In this document: piece by piece, positions 19,231 to 29,500 of the stretch
How positions within the stretch are numbered: the first letter of the stretch is position 1
How the letters are laid out: each line of letters begins with the position of its first letter
Origin: an uncultured Candidatus Binatia bacterium
GTDB lineage: Bacteria; Desulfobacterota; Binatia; Bin18
Direction: 5' to 3'
Assembly: GCA_965243735.1 (NCBI GenBank)
Contig: CBDEVZ010000008.1
Location: forward strand, 1,624,302 to 1,688,301
Length of the DNA stretch: 64,000 nt
Translations under genes and position numbers: made by a program
Notes under the pieces: model-generated
What the model was told of the DNA's origin: nothing
Database searches by the model: none
Seen by the model: the letters and a program-made list of their open reading frames with translations, nothing else

Positions 19231-19329
19231 AGCGGATGCCGGGGGCCGGCCCGTCGGCTGCCCCCGCCGCGCACGCGACAGGACAGATGCGTATGCGGAC
19301 GGAGCCTGACCACCCCCTAACCCCCCCCG

Positions 19330-19545
19330 TTGGTCCGCGTGGCCGCCTTGGTCCTGCTCCCTCTGGCGCTTCTGGCAGCCGGAGGCGGTCCGGTGTTTGG
19401 TCAAGGCGGGACGTCGTGTCCGGGCGGCACCGACCCGACTCCGACGGCCGTGCCGGTCACGACGGTCCCCATTGAGGTCACCTCAACGACCGCCGCCGAC
19501 TTCGTGCTCTACGTGCCATTCGACGTGGCCGGCACGGAGCTGTAG
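19330..19545 (+). CDS. Small (71 aa) putative secreted protein (signal peptide VRVAALVLLPLALLAAGGGPVFGQ)
   Basis: ORF with TTG/GTG start lying between module M3 and the next giant gene. Classic n-h-c signal region. No recognisable RBS and no homolog recognised. Confidence 0.25.
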   Translation: MVRVAALVLLPLALLAAGGGPVFGQGGTSCPGGTDPTPTAVPVTTVPIEVTSTTAADFVLYVPFDVAGTEL

Positions 19546-19559
19546 GTCGATTCAGCCAT

Positions 19560-22456
19560 ATGCAGGAAATTCATATGCGTAGAAGCAGATGCCACCACAT
19601 TCTGTGTGGGGTGGTGGTGGCCATATGCGTGGCAGTTGCTGGCAGTCCTGATGCAGCCCATGGCCAATCCATCCCATCCAGTTCGTTTGTCACCACTTGG
19701 CGCACGACAGCGAACAACCAGTCCATCACCATTCCGGCGAGCGGCACGTATACCATCGACTGGGGCGACGGGACCGTGGAAGAGGACGTGCGGGGCAGGC
19801 AGTCCCACAGGTATGATTCCGCTGGTACCTACACGGTGCGCATATCCGACGGTATCACCAGATTCCACCTCAACGGTCAGGCTGGCGCGAACAGGCTGGT
19901 ATCCATCGAGCAGTGGGGGACTGCCCAGTGGACATCGATGCATGAGGCGTTCCAGGGCGCATCCAACATGGAATACAACGCCACTGATGCGCCTGACCTC
20001 TCGCAGGTCACGGACGCCGCCCTCATGTTCTACGGTGCCTCGTCCTTCAACGGTGACATATCCGACTGGGACGTATCGTCTTTGACCAACATGAAATCCA
20101 TGTTCCACAAAGCCGATGCCTTCAACCAGCCCCTGTCCTCCTGGGATGTCTCGTCGGTGGCCAGCATGGCGCTGATGTTCTCCAGCGCCCGCTCCTTCAA
20201 CCAACCCCTGGACTCCTGGGACGTGTCGTCGGTGACCGAAATGAAGCCATGTTCCAGAACACCGATGCTTTCAACCAATCCCTGGACTCCTGGGACGTGT
20301 CGTCGGTGACCAACATGCGCTCCATGTTCTGGAATGCCCGCTCCTTCAACCAACCCCTGTCCTCCTGGGACGTGTCGTCTGTGACCAACATGTTGTGGAT
20401 GTTCCGCGACACCGGCGCCTTCAACCAGCCCCTCTCCTCCTGGGACGTGTCATCTGTGACCAACATGAACGAAATGTTCCGCGACACCGGCGCCTTCAAT
20501 CAGCCCCTGTCCTCCTGGGACGTGTCGTCTATAACCAACATGCTCGGCATGTTCCGCGGCGCCACCGCCTTCAACGGCGACATCTCCGACTGGGACGTGT
20601 CGTCTGTGACCAGCATGGTGTGGATGTTTTACGGTGCCACGTCCTTCAACCAGCCCCTGGACTCCTGGAACGTGTCGTCTGTGACCAACATGCTCGGCAT
20701 GTTCTTCAACGCCACATCCTTCAACCAGCCCCTGAACTCCTGGAACGTGTCGTCTGTGACCAGCATGACTGACATGTTCTATGGCGCTGTCGCCTTCAAC
20801 CAGCCCCTCTCCTCCTGGGACGTGTCGTCTGCGACCAACATGAGCTACATGTTCGATGGCGCCTCCGCCTTTGAGCAAAACCTCGGAAGCTGGCACATCG
20901 TGCTGGATGACACGTCAATCGACTACGGCGATACACCGGGAACCGTCGGAGGCATATCCGCGCAGAACGCCTTCCTTGACCAGCAGAACCCCGTCTACGG
21001 GATAAGCCCCGGCGGCGACTCCGGCTCCTTCGAGCTGAACGGCACCGACCTCGTGATGAAGGAGGTTCCCACCAAGGACTCGTACACGGTGACCCTCACG
21101 GCGACCGCCACGGGAGACTTTGGCACCGGCAACTCCCGGATCTTCACCATAGCGGTGTCGGGCCTGCCCACCTCTCCGCCGCCACCCCCGCCGCCACCCC
21201 CGAGCAACACCGGGGGTGGGGGAAGCAGTGGCAGCAGCGGGGGCGGGGGCAGCCGTTCCCCGGATCAGCACGGAGACACGCCGGGGCAGGCGACGGCAGT
21301 CACCCCGCACGCCCGCGCGCCGTGGGCGGCGTCCACACCGGGCCACCTCAACAGTCCGAGCGATGTAGATTATTTCACGTTGGAGGTGCCGTATGACGGG
21401 GTGTTGGTGGTCGAGACCGCCGGCTCGACCGACACCGTGGGCACGGTGTGGCAGGCCGGGGTCGAACTGGCCACCGCGACCGGCGGAGGTGCGGGCCAGA
21501 ACTTCCACCTCAGCGTCCCCGTGCAGGCCGGAGCGGTGATGATTGCCGTGGCGAGTGCTGGGCGGACGGGGAGCTATCACTTGGAGACACGCCTGGTGGT
21601 CGGCTTTCTGGAGAACCCCGGCCCCGCCTCCTTCCAGAGCGGCATTGGCGTGGTGTCGGGTTGGGTGTGCACGGCCGAGGTGGTGGAGATCGCGTTGAAT
21701 GGGGCCGTGCAGGAAGCGGGATATGGCACGGCACGGAGCGATACGGCCGGCGTGTGTGGGGACACGGACAATGGGTTTGGGTTGCTGTTCAACTGGAACC
21801 TGCTGGGGGACGGCGAACATGAGGTCGTGGCGTATGTAGACGGCGTTGAACTGGCGCGCACGACCGTGACGGTGACGACGCTGGGCGCAGAATTTCTGCG
21901 GGACGTGACCGGCGAATGCACCGTGGCCGACTTTCCGAGTGCGGGCGAGGGTGTGCGGCTTGTGTGGCAGCAAGCGCAGCAGAACTTTGTCCTGGCCGAA
22001 GGCGCTGTCCCGCGCGGCCCGACCCAGGCCGGGACGGCCGGGGTCGGGTATCTGGAGAACCCGAGCCCCAACTCGTTTCAGAGTGGGATTGGGGTGGTGT
22101 CGGGCTGGGTGTGCGCGGCCGGCTTGGTCGAGATCGAGATTGGGCATCTCACGCCGCAAGTCGCCGCGTACGGGACCGAACGACGCGATACCCAAGCCAT
22201 GTGCGGGGACAGCGGCAACGGATTTGGGTTGCTCTTCAACTGGAATTTGCTCGGTGATGGGGAACATGACGTCATTGCCTACGTAAATAACATCGAGTTA
22301 GGCCGGGTCACGGTGCGGGTGACGACGCTGGGCGAAGAGTTCGTGCGGGGCGCTGTGGGCGAATGCACCGTGGCGGACTTCCCCAGTCCGGGGGAGCGTG
22401 TGACGCTCACCTGGCAACAGAGCAGCCAGAATTTTGTGATCAGCGGAGTGGAGTAG
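19560..22456 (+). pseudogene. Secreted DUF285-type (F..A.AFNQPL.SWDVSSVTNM..MF) repeat protein + poly-Pro/Gly linker + PPC + tandem novel CTD (A 21602-22020, B 22047-22453); split into ORFs 19560..20309 and 20249..22456 by a 1-nt frameshift at ~20244-20248
   Basis: Signal peptide on ORF 19560. At least 12 near-identical 78-bp repeat units. Only 5 nt (aagcc) separate the two Met codons where every other unit has 6. Downstream frame carries DVDYFTL PPC and the CTD tandem. Confidence 0.7.
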
Positions 22457-22629
22457 CGCCTTGTATGATAAGTGATCGCTGTGTCAGCCCGCTCGCGTCA
22501 TATCGGACGCGAGCCGGCATCCAGAAGCCGGGAGGCTGGGGGCGGAATGACGGGCGGCCACACAGAATCATAATTTGTTCTATTGGCAGACCCACTCCGG
22601 CCCTTTAGTCACCTCTCCCTGACGTGTGA

Positions 22630-22769
22630 CGCAAAAAGAAACCCACCCCGGCCATCTCCATCCCCTCCTCGGAGGGGTGCCGCGTGAGCGGCGGGGTGGG
22701 TTCTCTCCGGCCAGCGGCTTCTGCACGGTTGGGAAGAGTAGATGCCGGGTAAGGTGCATCACACGTCCC
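22630..22769 (+). repeat. ~140-nt structured repeat, copy 1 (second copy 46593-46731); possible small RNA or REP-like element
   Basis: GCAAAAAGAAACCCACCCCGGCC...CCCCTCC.GAGGAGGGGTGCCGCG.TAGCGGCGGGGTGGGTTCTCT...GGGTAA.GTGCATCACACGTCC is conserved between copies. Long stem CCCACCCCG/CGGGGTGGG enclosing two inner hairpins. Confidence 0.5.
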
Positions 22770-22847
22770 GAGAGGGGGATTGCTCTGTCCCCTGTCCTGA
22801 GTCCAGTCGAAGGGTGGGTTTCTTATGCGCGCCTGCACGGCCCTCTT

Positions 22848-22927
22848 TTTCCGTCCTTTTTTGCATTTTTCTTATGATTGCTGCCCAACTGGGCAGCGAC
22901 ATTTGCGTATCGACGGGGTATGGATTG
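22848..22927 (+). promoter_or_regulatory. Post-stop module M4 (displaced by repeat insertions): CT tract, palindrome CTGCCCAACTGGGCAGCG (22881-22898), GGGTATGGA box (~22915)
   Basis: Conserved module family. Confidence 0.4.
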
Positions 22928-22958
22928 CGGAATTTTTGTCTGAAGAAGAGGCTGCCCT

Positions 22959-23579
22959 ATGGTACGAGTCTGGTGGTTCGTTTCATGTGTTGCTACCCTG
23001 ATCCGGCCTGTCCGGCGCATGTGTCTGGCCGTCACGGTGGCGGTGCTGACTACGTTGGTCCCGCCCCCGTCCGAGGCCCAGTCCCCGGTTCTCTTTACCT
23101 CGGTCAATGAAACGCCGCCGCCCGGCCCGCTCGGCACCGAGACATTGCGCAGCCGGCTGGTGACCATGGACCTCGGGCAAGTCCAGCACGCCCGGGCTGC
23201 CGCCGCCACGGCGTCCGGCCAGCCTCCGCAGACCAGAGACACGTCCGGGCGTACAGACAAATCCAGCGCGGCGCCCGCCCCAGGTACGCTCCTGACCCTT
23301 AATCTGTTTGACGACGTGGTGGTCACGGGCGTGGTGGAGCGAACCGCGCCGACGTTTTCGGGGGGCTATTCCGTGGCGGGCCACCTGGTCGAAGAGCCGC
23401 TCGGCACCCTGACCCTGGTGGTCAACGGGGAGACGGTGGTGGGCACGGTACGGATGTTGGGGGAGACCTATCAGATCCGCTCGGTGGGAGGCGGATTGTA
23501 TACCATCAGCGAGGTGAAGGAGCACCCGCTCAACTGTGGGGTTGAGGGGCCCCATTCTGAGACGGACCATCAGCATTGA
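22959..23579 (+). CDS. Small secreted propeptide-like protein (paralog of 11749..12054) with C-terminal ...PLNCGVEGPHSETDHQH; translationally coupled to the downstream metzincin
   Basis: Signal peptide (MCLAVTVAVLTTLVPPPSEA). ~55-aa C-terminal block conserved with the first small ORF. Its stop TGA 23577-79 overlaps the TTG start 23576 of the next gene. Confidence 0.55.
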   Translation: MVRVWWFVSCVATLIRPVRRMCLAVTVAVLTTLVPPPSEAQSPVLFTSVNETPPPGPLGTETLRSRLVTMDLGQVQHARAAAATASGQPPQTRDTSGRTDKSSAAPAPGTLLTLNLFDDVVVTGVVERTAPTFSGGYSVAGHLVEEPLGTLTLVVNGETVVGTVRMLGETYQIRSVGGGLYTISEVKEHPLNCGVEGPHSETDHQH

Positions 23580-26500
23580 TACCCCTGCCGTCCTGGAGTG
23601 CTGCTCCACACCTGAAGCGTCTGCTGCTGGCGGCGTTGCTGCTCCTGCCCCTGCTGTCTGGGGGGATGGTGCATGCGCAGTCGGTGATTGATGTCGCCGT
23701 CTTCTACACGACTGCGGCCAAGGACGCCCAGGGTGGGACCGAGCAGATTGAGACCAAGATCGATGAACTCGTCGTAGCGGCCAACATGGCCTACACAGAC
23801 AGCGACGTGAACCAGACCATTAAGCTGGTCGCGGCGGAGGAGGTGGCATACCCGGAGACAGGGAGCATACGGATAGATGTTGAGCGCCTCCGGGACCCGT
23901 CCGACGGCTATCTGGACGAAGTCCACACCATCCGTGACCGGGTCCATGCGGACATCGTCATACTGCTTCGTGCGCAGTGGGACGGAGAGATAAGTGGAGT
24001 CGCATACACAATGGGCACCGAGTCGACGACTCATGCCCCCAATGCCTTCGGCGTCTCCATTGTCGACGCGTCCACATTCGCCCATGAATTGGGCCACATC
24101 ATGGGGCTTCTCCACGACCGGTATGAAGCCTGCCAGCACAACACGGCCACTCCGCAGTGTCGCAGTTCGGTGGTGGCGCCCTATGCGTATGGCTATGTGA
24201 ACCAGGCGGCGTTCGAGTCGGGCGCAGCGACATCGAAACGCTGGCGTACGATCATGGCGACCAACAAGCAGTGCGCTGACAATAGTCCCAGCTTCAATTG
24301 TGACAGAGTGCTCTACTTCTCCAATCCGGACAATTCCTATCCCGATGCTGATGGCGATCCCATGGGCGTGTCCGGCACCCAAGACACCACCGATATAGAC
24401 GGGCCGGCCGACGCGGCGCAGGCGCTCGACGACACCCGCGACACGGTGGCGGACTTCCGGGAGGGTCGGGCCGTGCAGGTGTCGTTTGCGGCGGGGGCCT
24501 ACGCCGTGACCGAAGGCGGGTCGGTGACCGTCACCGTGCAACTGGACGTCGCGCCGGGCCGCACGCTCGATATGCCCATTGCGCTCACGGCGACGAGCCC
24601 GGACGGCGCTTGGCCCGGCGACTATAGCCTCCCGGCGAGCGTGACGTTTAGCGCGAGCCAGACCACGCAGACCTTCACCTTCCGGGCCACCCAGGACACC
24701 CGTCAGGAGGACGAAGAGACGGTCATCCTGGGCTTTGGCACCCCGCTGCCCGCCGGGGTGTCGGTCGGCAGTCAGGCCACGGCCACGGTCACGTTGACTG
24801 ATAACGACACGGTGGCCGCCGCGCCGAGCGTCAGCACGGTGGAGATCGTCTCGGACCCAGGAGCGGCCTACGCCGCCGGCGAAGAGATTGTGGTGGCGGT
24901 GGTCTTCACCAAACCCATCAGCGTGACCGGCGTCCCCAGCATCGAGTTGACGGTCGGGACGAATACGCGGACGGCATTATGTCAAGACGTTGCGAGCGAG
25001 GTGCTGACGTGCACCTACACCGTGGTGGCCGACGAAAGTGACACCGACGGGGTGAGCGTCGTTGCGAACAGCCTGGCGCTCAACGGCGGGACGATCCAGG
25101 ACGAGGAAACCACGCCCCAGGACGCCGCACTCACCCATGATGCCGTTGCGGCGGACAGCGCCCACACCGTAGATGGCGACACGCCGGACCTGGAGAGCGC
25201 GACGGTGGACGAAGACACCGTGACGCTGACGTATGATGAAGCGCTGGACGAGACCTCGGTCCCGAGGGCGAACGCTTTCACGGTGACGGCCGGTAGTACG
25301 ACCGTGTTGACTACCTCCGTTGAGGTGTCCGGGGAGGTGGTGACGTTGGACCTGGTTTCCAGGGTCGCCCATGATGACAGTGTGACGCTGACCTACTCCC
25401 CCTCGACCGGAACCCCCTCGCTGCGGGATGCAGCGGGCAACGCAGCGGCCACCCTCTCCAGCTACGCTCTGACGAACAACACCCCGCAGCCGGTCTATGA
25501 CACGGACGACGACAGGCTGATTGAAATTGCGACCCTGGCCCAGCTCAATGCCGTACGGCACGACCTGGACGGCGATGGCACCCCGACGACCACCGGGGCG
25601 GCGGACTATGCTGCGGCGTTTCCCGACGCGACGCGGGTGGTGTGCGGGGTCACCAGCGGGGGGTGTGCGGGGTATGAGCTGACGGTGGATCTGGATTTTG
25701 ACACCAGCGGCGACGGCCAGATTGACGCGGACGACGAGTACTGGAACAGCGGGGCCGGCTGGGTGCCCATTGGGACGGCATCCGACCGGTTCCGCACAAC
25801 CTTTGAGGGGAATGGCCGCGCCATCAGGCATCTGTTTATCAAGCGGAGCAGTTCCGACAACGTCGGGTTGTTTGGCTACACCGGCTTGTCCAGTGTCATC
25901 CGCCATGCTCGGCTGCGTGATGTCGCGGTGCAGGGGAAACGTGGCGTCGGTGGGCTGGCTGGGACGAACCAGGGAAGTGTTACCGAGAACTCTGCAACCG
26001 GACGGGTGGAAGGAGGAAGCGGCAGTGTCGGGGGCCTGGTTGGCATAAACTTCGGTGAGATTCATGCCAGCTACGCCACGGTCCGGGTCGTTGGCGGCTT
26101 CCATGCCGGCGGGCTCGTCGGCCAGGTCTCCGGCGACATATTCGCCAGCTATGCCACCGGGCGCGTATCGGGAACGAGTGGGGTCGGGGGGTTGGGCGGT
26201 CGCATGGCGACAGACGGTCAGGGCAACATCCAGGCCAGCTACGCCACGGGGTCGGTGTCAGGCAATAACCACGTCGGGGGGCTGATCGGATCTTTCGCCG
26301 CCGGCACGATACACGCCAGCTACGCCACGGGGCGCGTGGCAGGTAATGGCAGTGCTGTCGGGGGCTTGGTCGGAGAGAGCCCCGACGATCCGACAATCAC
26401 AGCCAGCTACTGGGACACACGCACCTCGGGCCGGACGAACAGCGCCGGGGGTGACGGCCAGACCACCACGGCCTTGCAGACGCCCACCGGCTATACCACC

Positions 26501-29500
26501 GGCAGCATCTATGCCGACTGGAACGTGGACCTGGACGGCGATACTACGACCGACGACCCCTGGGACTTCGGCACGGCCAGTCAGTACCCGGCGCTCCGCG
26601 TGGACTTTGACGGTGATGATACGGCAACCTGGGAGGAGTTCGGCCAGCAACTCCGCGAAATCCCGACCCTGACCCCCGACACCTCGACGGTGGGTCAGGT
26701 AGACTTGAGCTGGACGGCGGTCACGAACTCTGCGGGCTCGGCGGCTGTGACCTACACCGTCATGCGCGGCGACACTCCCATCGCCGAGGACCTCAGCACG
26801 ACGACCTACACCGATACCGATGTGACATCGGGGAGCGAATACACCTACCAGGTGATCGCCCTGGTCGACGGCGGGGAGGCTACGCGCAGCGCCCGGCTGG
26901 CGGTGACCGCGACCGCGAACCAGAAACCGGCGTTCGATGAAGGCGACAGCGCCATGCGCAGCGCGGACGAGAACACGGCCTCGGGTGTCAATATCGGGGA
27001 CCCGGTGGCAGCCACCGACATCGACGACACCAGTCTGATCTACACGCTGGGCGGGACGGACGCGACCTCTTTCGACATCGTCTCGACCACCGGACAGTTG
27101 CAGACCAAGACGGCCCTGAACTACGAGGCCAAGCGTCGCTACACGGTCAGCATCTCGGTCCGGGACGGCAAGAACAACGACGGCGAGGCCGACATGACCA
27201 CGGACGACACCATCACCGTGACCATCGATGTCGGCAACCTGGACGAAGCGGGCACGGTGACGCTCTCGGGGACTCCGGCACAGGCAGGGCGGCAACTGAC
27301 CGCGACGCTGAGCGACCTCGACGGCGGTCTGAGTGGCATCTCCTGGCAGTGGGAGCGGTCCAGCGACCAGAGCAACTGGACCGACATCACTGGGGAGACA
27401 TCCACTCAATACACGCCAGTAGCGGGCGACATGGGGGATTATCTCCGGGCCACGGCACGCTATACCGATGGCCAGGGGTCCGGGAAGAGCGCGGCGGCGG
27501 TGACGGCCCAGGTTCAGGCCGCGCCGGTGGTGGAACTGAGACTGTCGCCGCCTCGGATTGATGAGGACGGGGGGACGAGCACAGGGGTGAGCAGGGTCAC
27601 GGCGCATCTGCTGAACAATCGGACCTCACTCGCAAAGACGACCGTGCGCGTAACAGCCACGGCCCTCGCGCCGGCTCAGGCGGGGGATTTTACCCTCAGC
27701 GGCAATCAGCTGACGATCGCGGCAGGGGCATTGGCGAGCACTGAAACGGTAACGATTACCGCTAGAAACAACAATGTGGACGCCCCGGACAAGACGGTCA
27801 CGGTGAGTGGGCTGGCGACCAACTCTGATGGCGTCACCGGCCCGGCCTCGGTGGACCTGACGATCACGGACGACGACCCAGCCCCGAGCGTAGAACTGGT
27901 GCTGTCGCCCGCCCAGATCAGCGAGAACAACCAAGTGAGCACGGTGTCGGCGCGGCTGAGCCATCCGTCGAGCGCGGATACGACCGTGACCGTCTCGTCG
28001 CAGGCCGTGAGCCCGGCAGTGGCGGGCGACTTCATGCTGAGCACAAACACCACGTTGACCATCACGGCAGGGGCAACGGCAAGCAGCGGCACCGCTGTCA
28101 CGCTGACCTCGGTGGATAATTCCACCGACGCCCCGAACAAGCAGGTGACGGTAAGCGGGACGGCGACGAATACGCACGGTATCGCCGGAAACCCGGATAA
28201 TGCCACGCTCTTGATCACCGACGACGAGGGGGCGCCGAGGGTGACACTGACGTTGTCGGAGACGCAGATCGATGAGAGCGGTGCGGATAATAGCGCCACG
28301 CTGGCGGTGACCCTGAGCCATGCGTCGAGTGCGGCGACGACGGTGACGGTCTCGACAGACCCGGCGGAGGCCGTCACACTCAGCCCAAACCCATTGACGA
28401 TCTCGGCAGGGAACACCGAGGGCACAGTGACGCTGACGGCAGTGGACAACGAGATTGATGGGCCGGAGACCAAGCGGGTAACTATCTCGGCGGAGGCGGA
28501 GAACGACCAGGGGGTCACGGACCCGGCCAATAAGACGCTGACGATTGCAGACGATGACAATCCGCCGGTGGTGACGCTGGAGCTGTCGGCTACTCCGATT
28601 GATGAAAACGGTGGGCAGAGCACGCTGACGGCGAGCTTGGACCGGGCATCGAGCCAGCAGATCGTGGTGACGGTGGCGACAGCGACGGAATATGCCTTGA
28701 GTACGCCCCGCACCCTGACCATCCCGGCGGGGAAGACAGCGAGCGAGGGAAACACGGTCACGCTGACGGCCAAGGACAACAACATCGACGCGGCGGACGC
28801 GGAGATCACGGTGGAGGGGACGGCCAACCTGAGTGGGCTGACAGTGACGGGGGTGGAGCTGACCATCACGGATGACGATACGCGCGGGGTGACGGTCAGC
28901 GAGAGCACGCTGTCGATCAAGGAAGGGCAGACCGACACCTATACGGTGGTGTTGGACTCCCAGCCGACGGCGACAGTAACGGTGACGCTGGCCGTCACGC
29001 AGACTGATGACGCCGTGGGCACCAATCAGGCGAGTCTGACGTTCGCGCCGGGGAACTGGAACACGGCCCAGACGGTCACGGTGCGGGCGGCCGACGATAC
29101 GGTGGAGAACATCCCTCCCAAGACAGCGACGATCACGCACACGGTGACGGGCGGCGACTACGGAGAGAACAACGTCCGGGCGGCCTCTGTATCGGTGACC
29201 GTGACCGACGACGAGAGTGCGTCCACGGCGGTAACCCTGCGGGTGAACCCAGAGGCGGTGACCGAGGGGAGCAGCAACCGGACAGTGACCGTGACCGGCG
29301 AGTTGGATGGGGCACCGCGCGGTACTGACACCACGGTGACTATCTCGGTCACATCCGGGAGCGGGGACGAGGCAGCCGTGGAGGGCACCGATTTTGACGA
29401 GGTGGCGGACTTCACGCTGACGATCAAGGCGGGTCAGCCGAGCGGGATGGCAACCTTCACCCTGACGACGGAGAACGACACTATCGATGAGCCGGACGAA

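Noticed and set aside
15978-19313. Very long antisense ORFs (e.g. 15978..19313-, 8868..11240-, 1574..2977-, 27626..29665-, 20915..22267-, 40650..41990-, 13710..14930-)
   Set aside because: They lie entirely antisense to the giant multidomain genes in GC-rich DNA where stop codons are rare. Their translations are low-complexity Arg/Gly/Pro-rich with no domain signatures. The sense-strand genes have strong domain evidence.
20050-20880. Regularly spaced 78-bp direct repeats resembling a CRISPR array; likewise the 99-bp repeats at 42180-42480
   Set aside because: Both are in-frame coding repeats (DUF285 units; ankyrin repeats). There are no unique spacers and no leader or cas genes, so they are not CRISPR.
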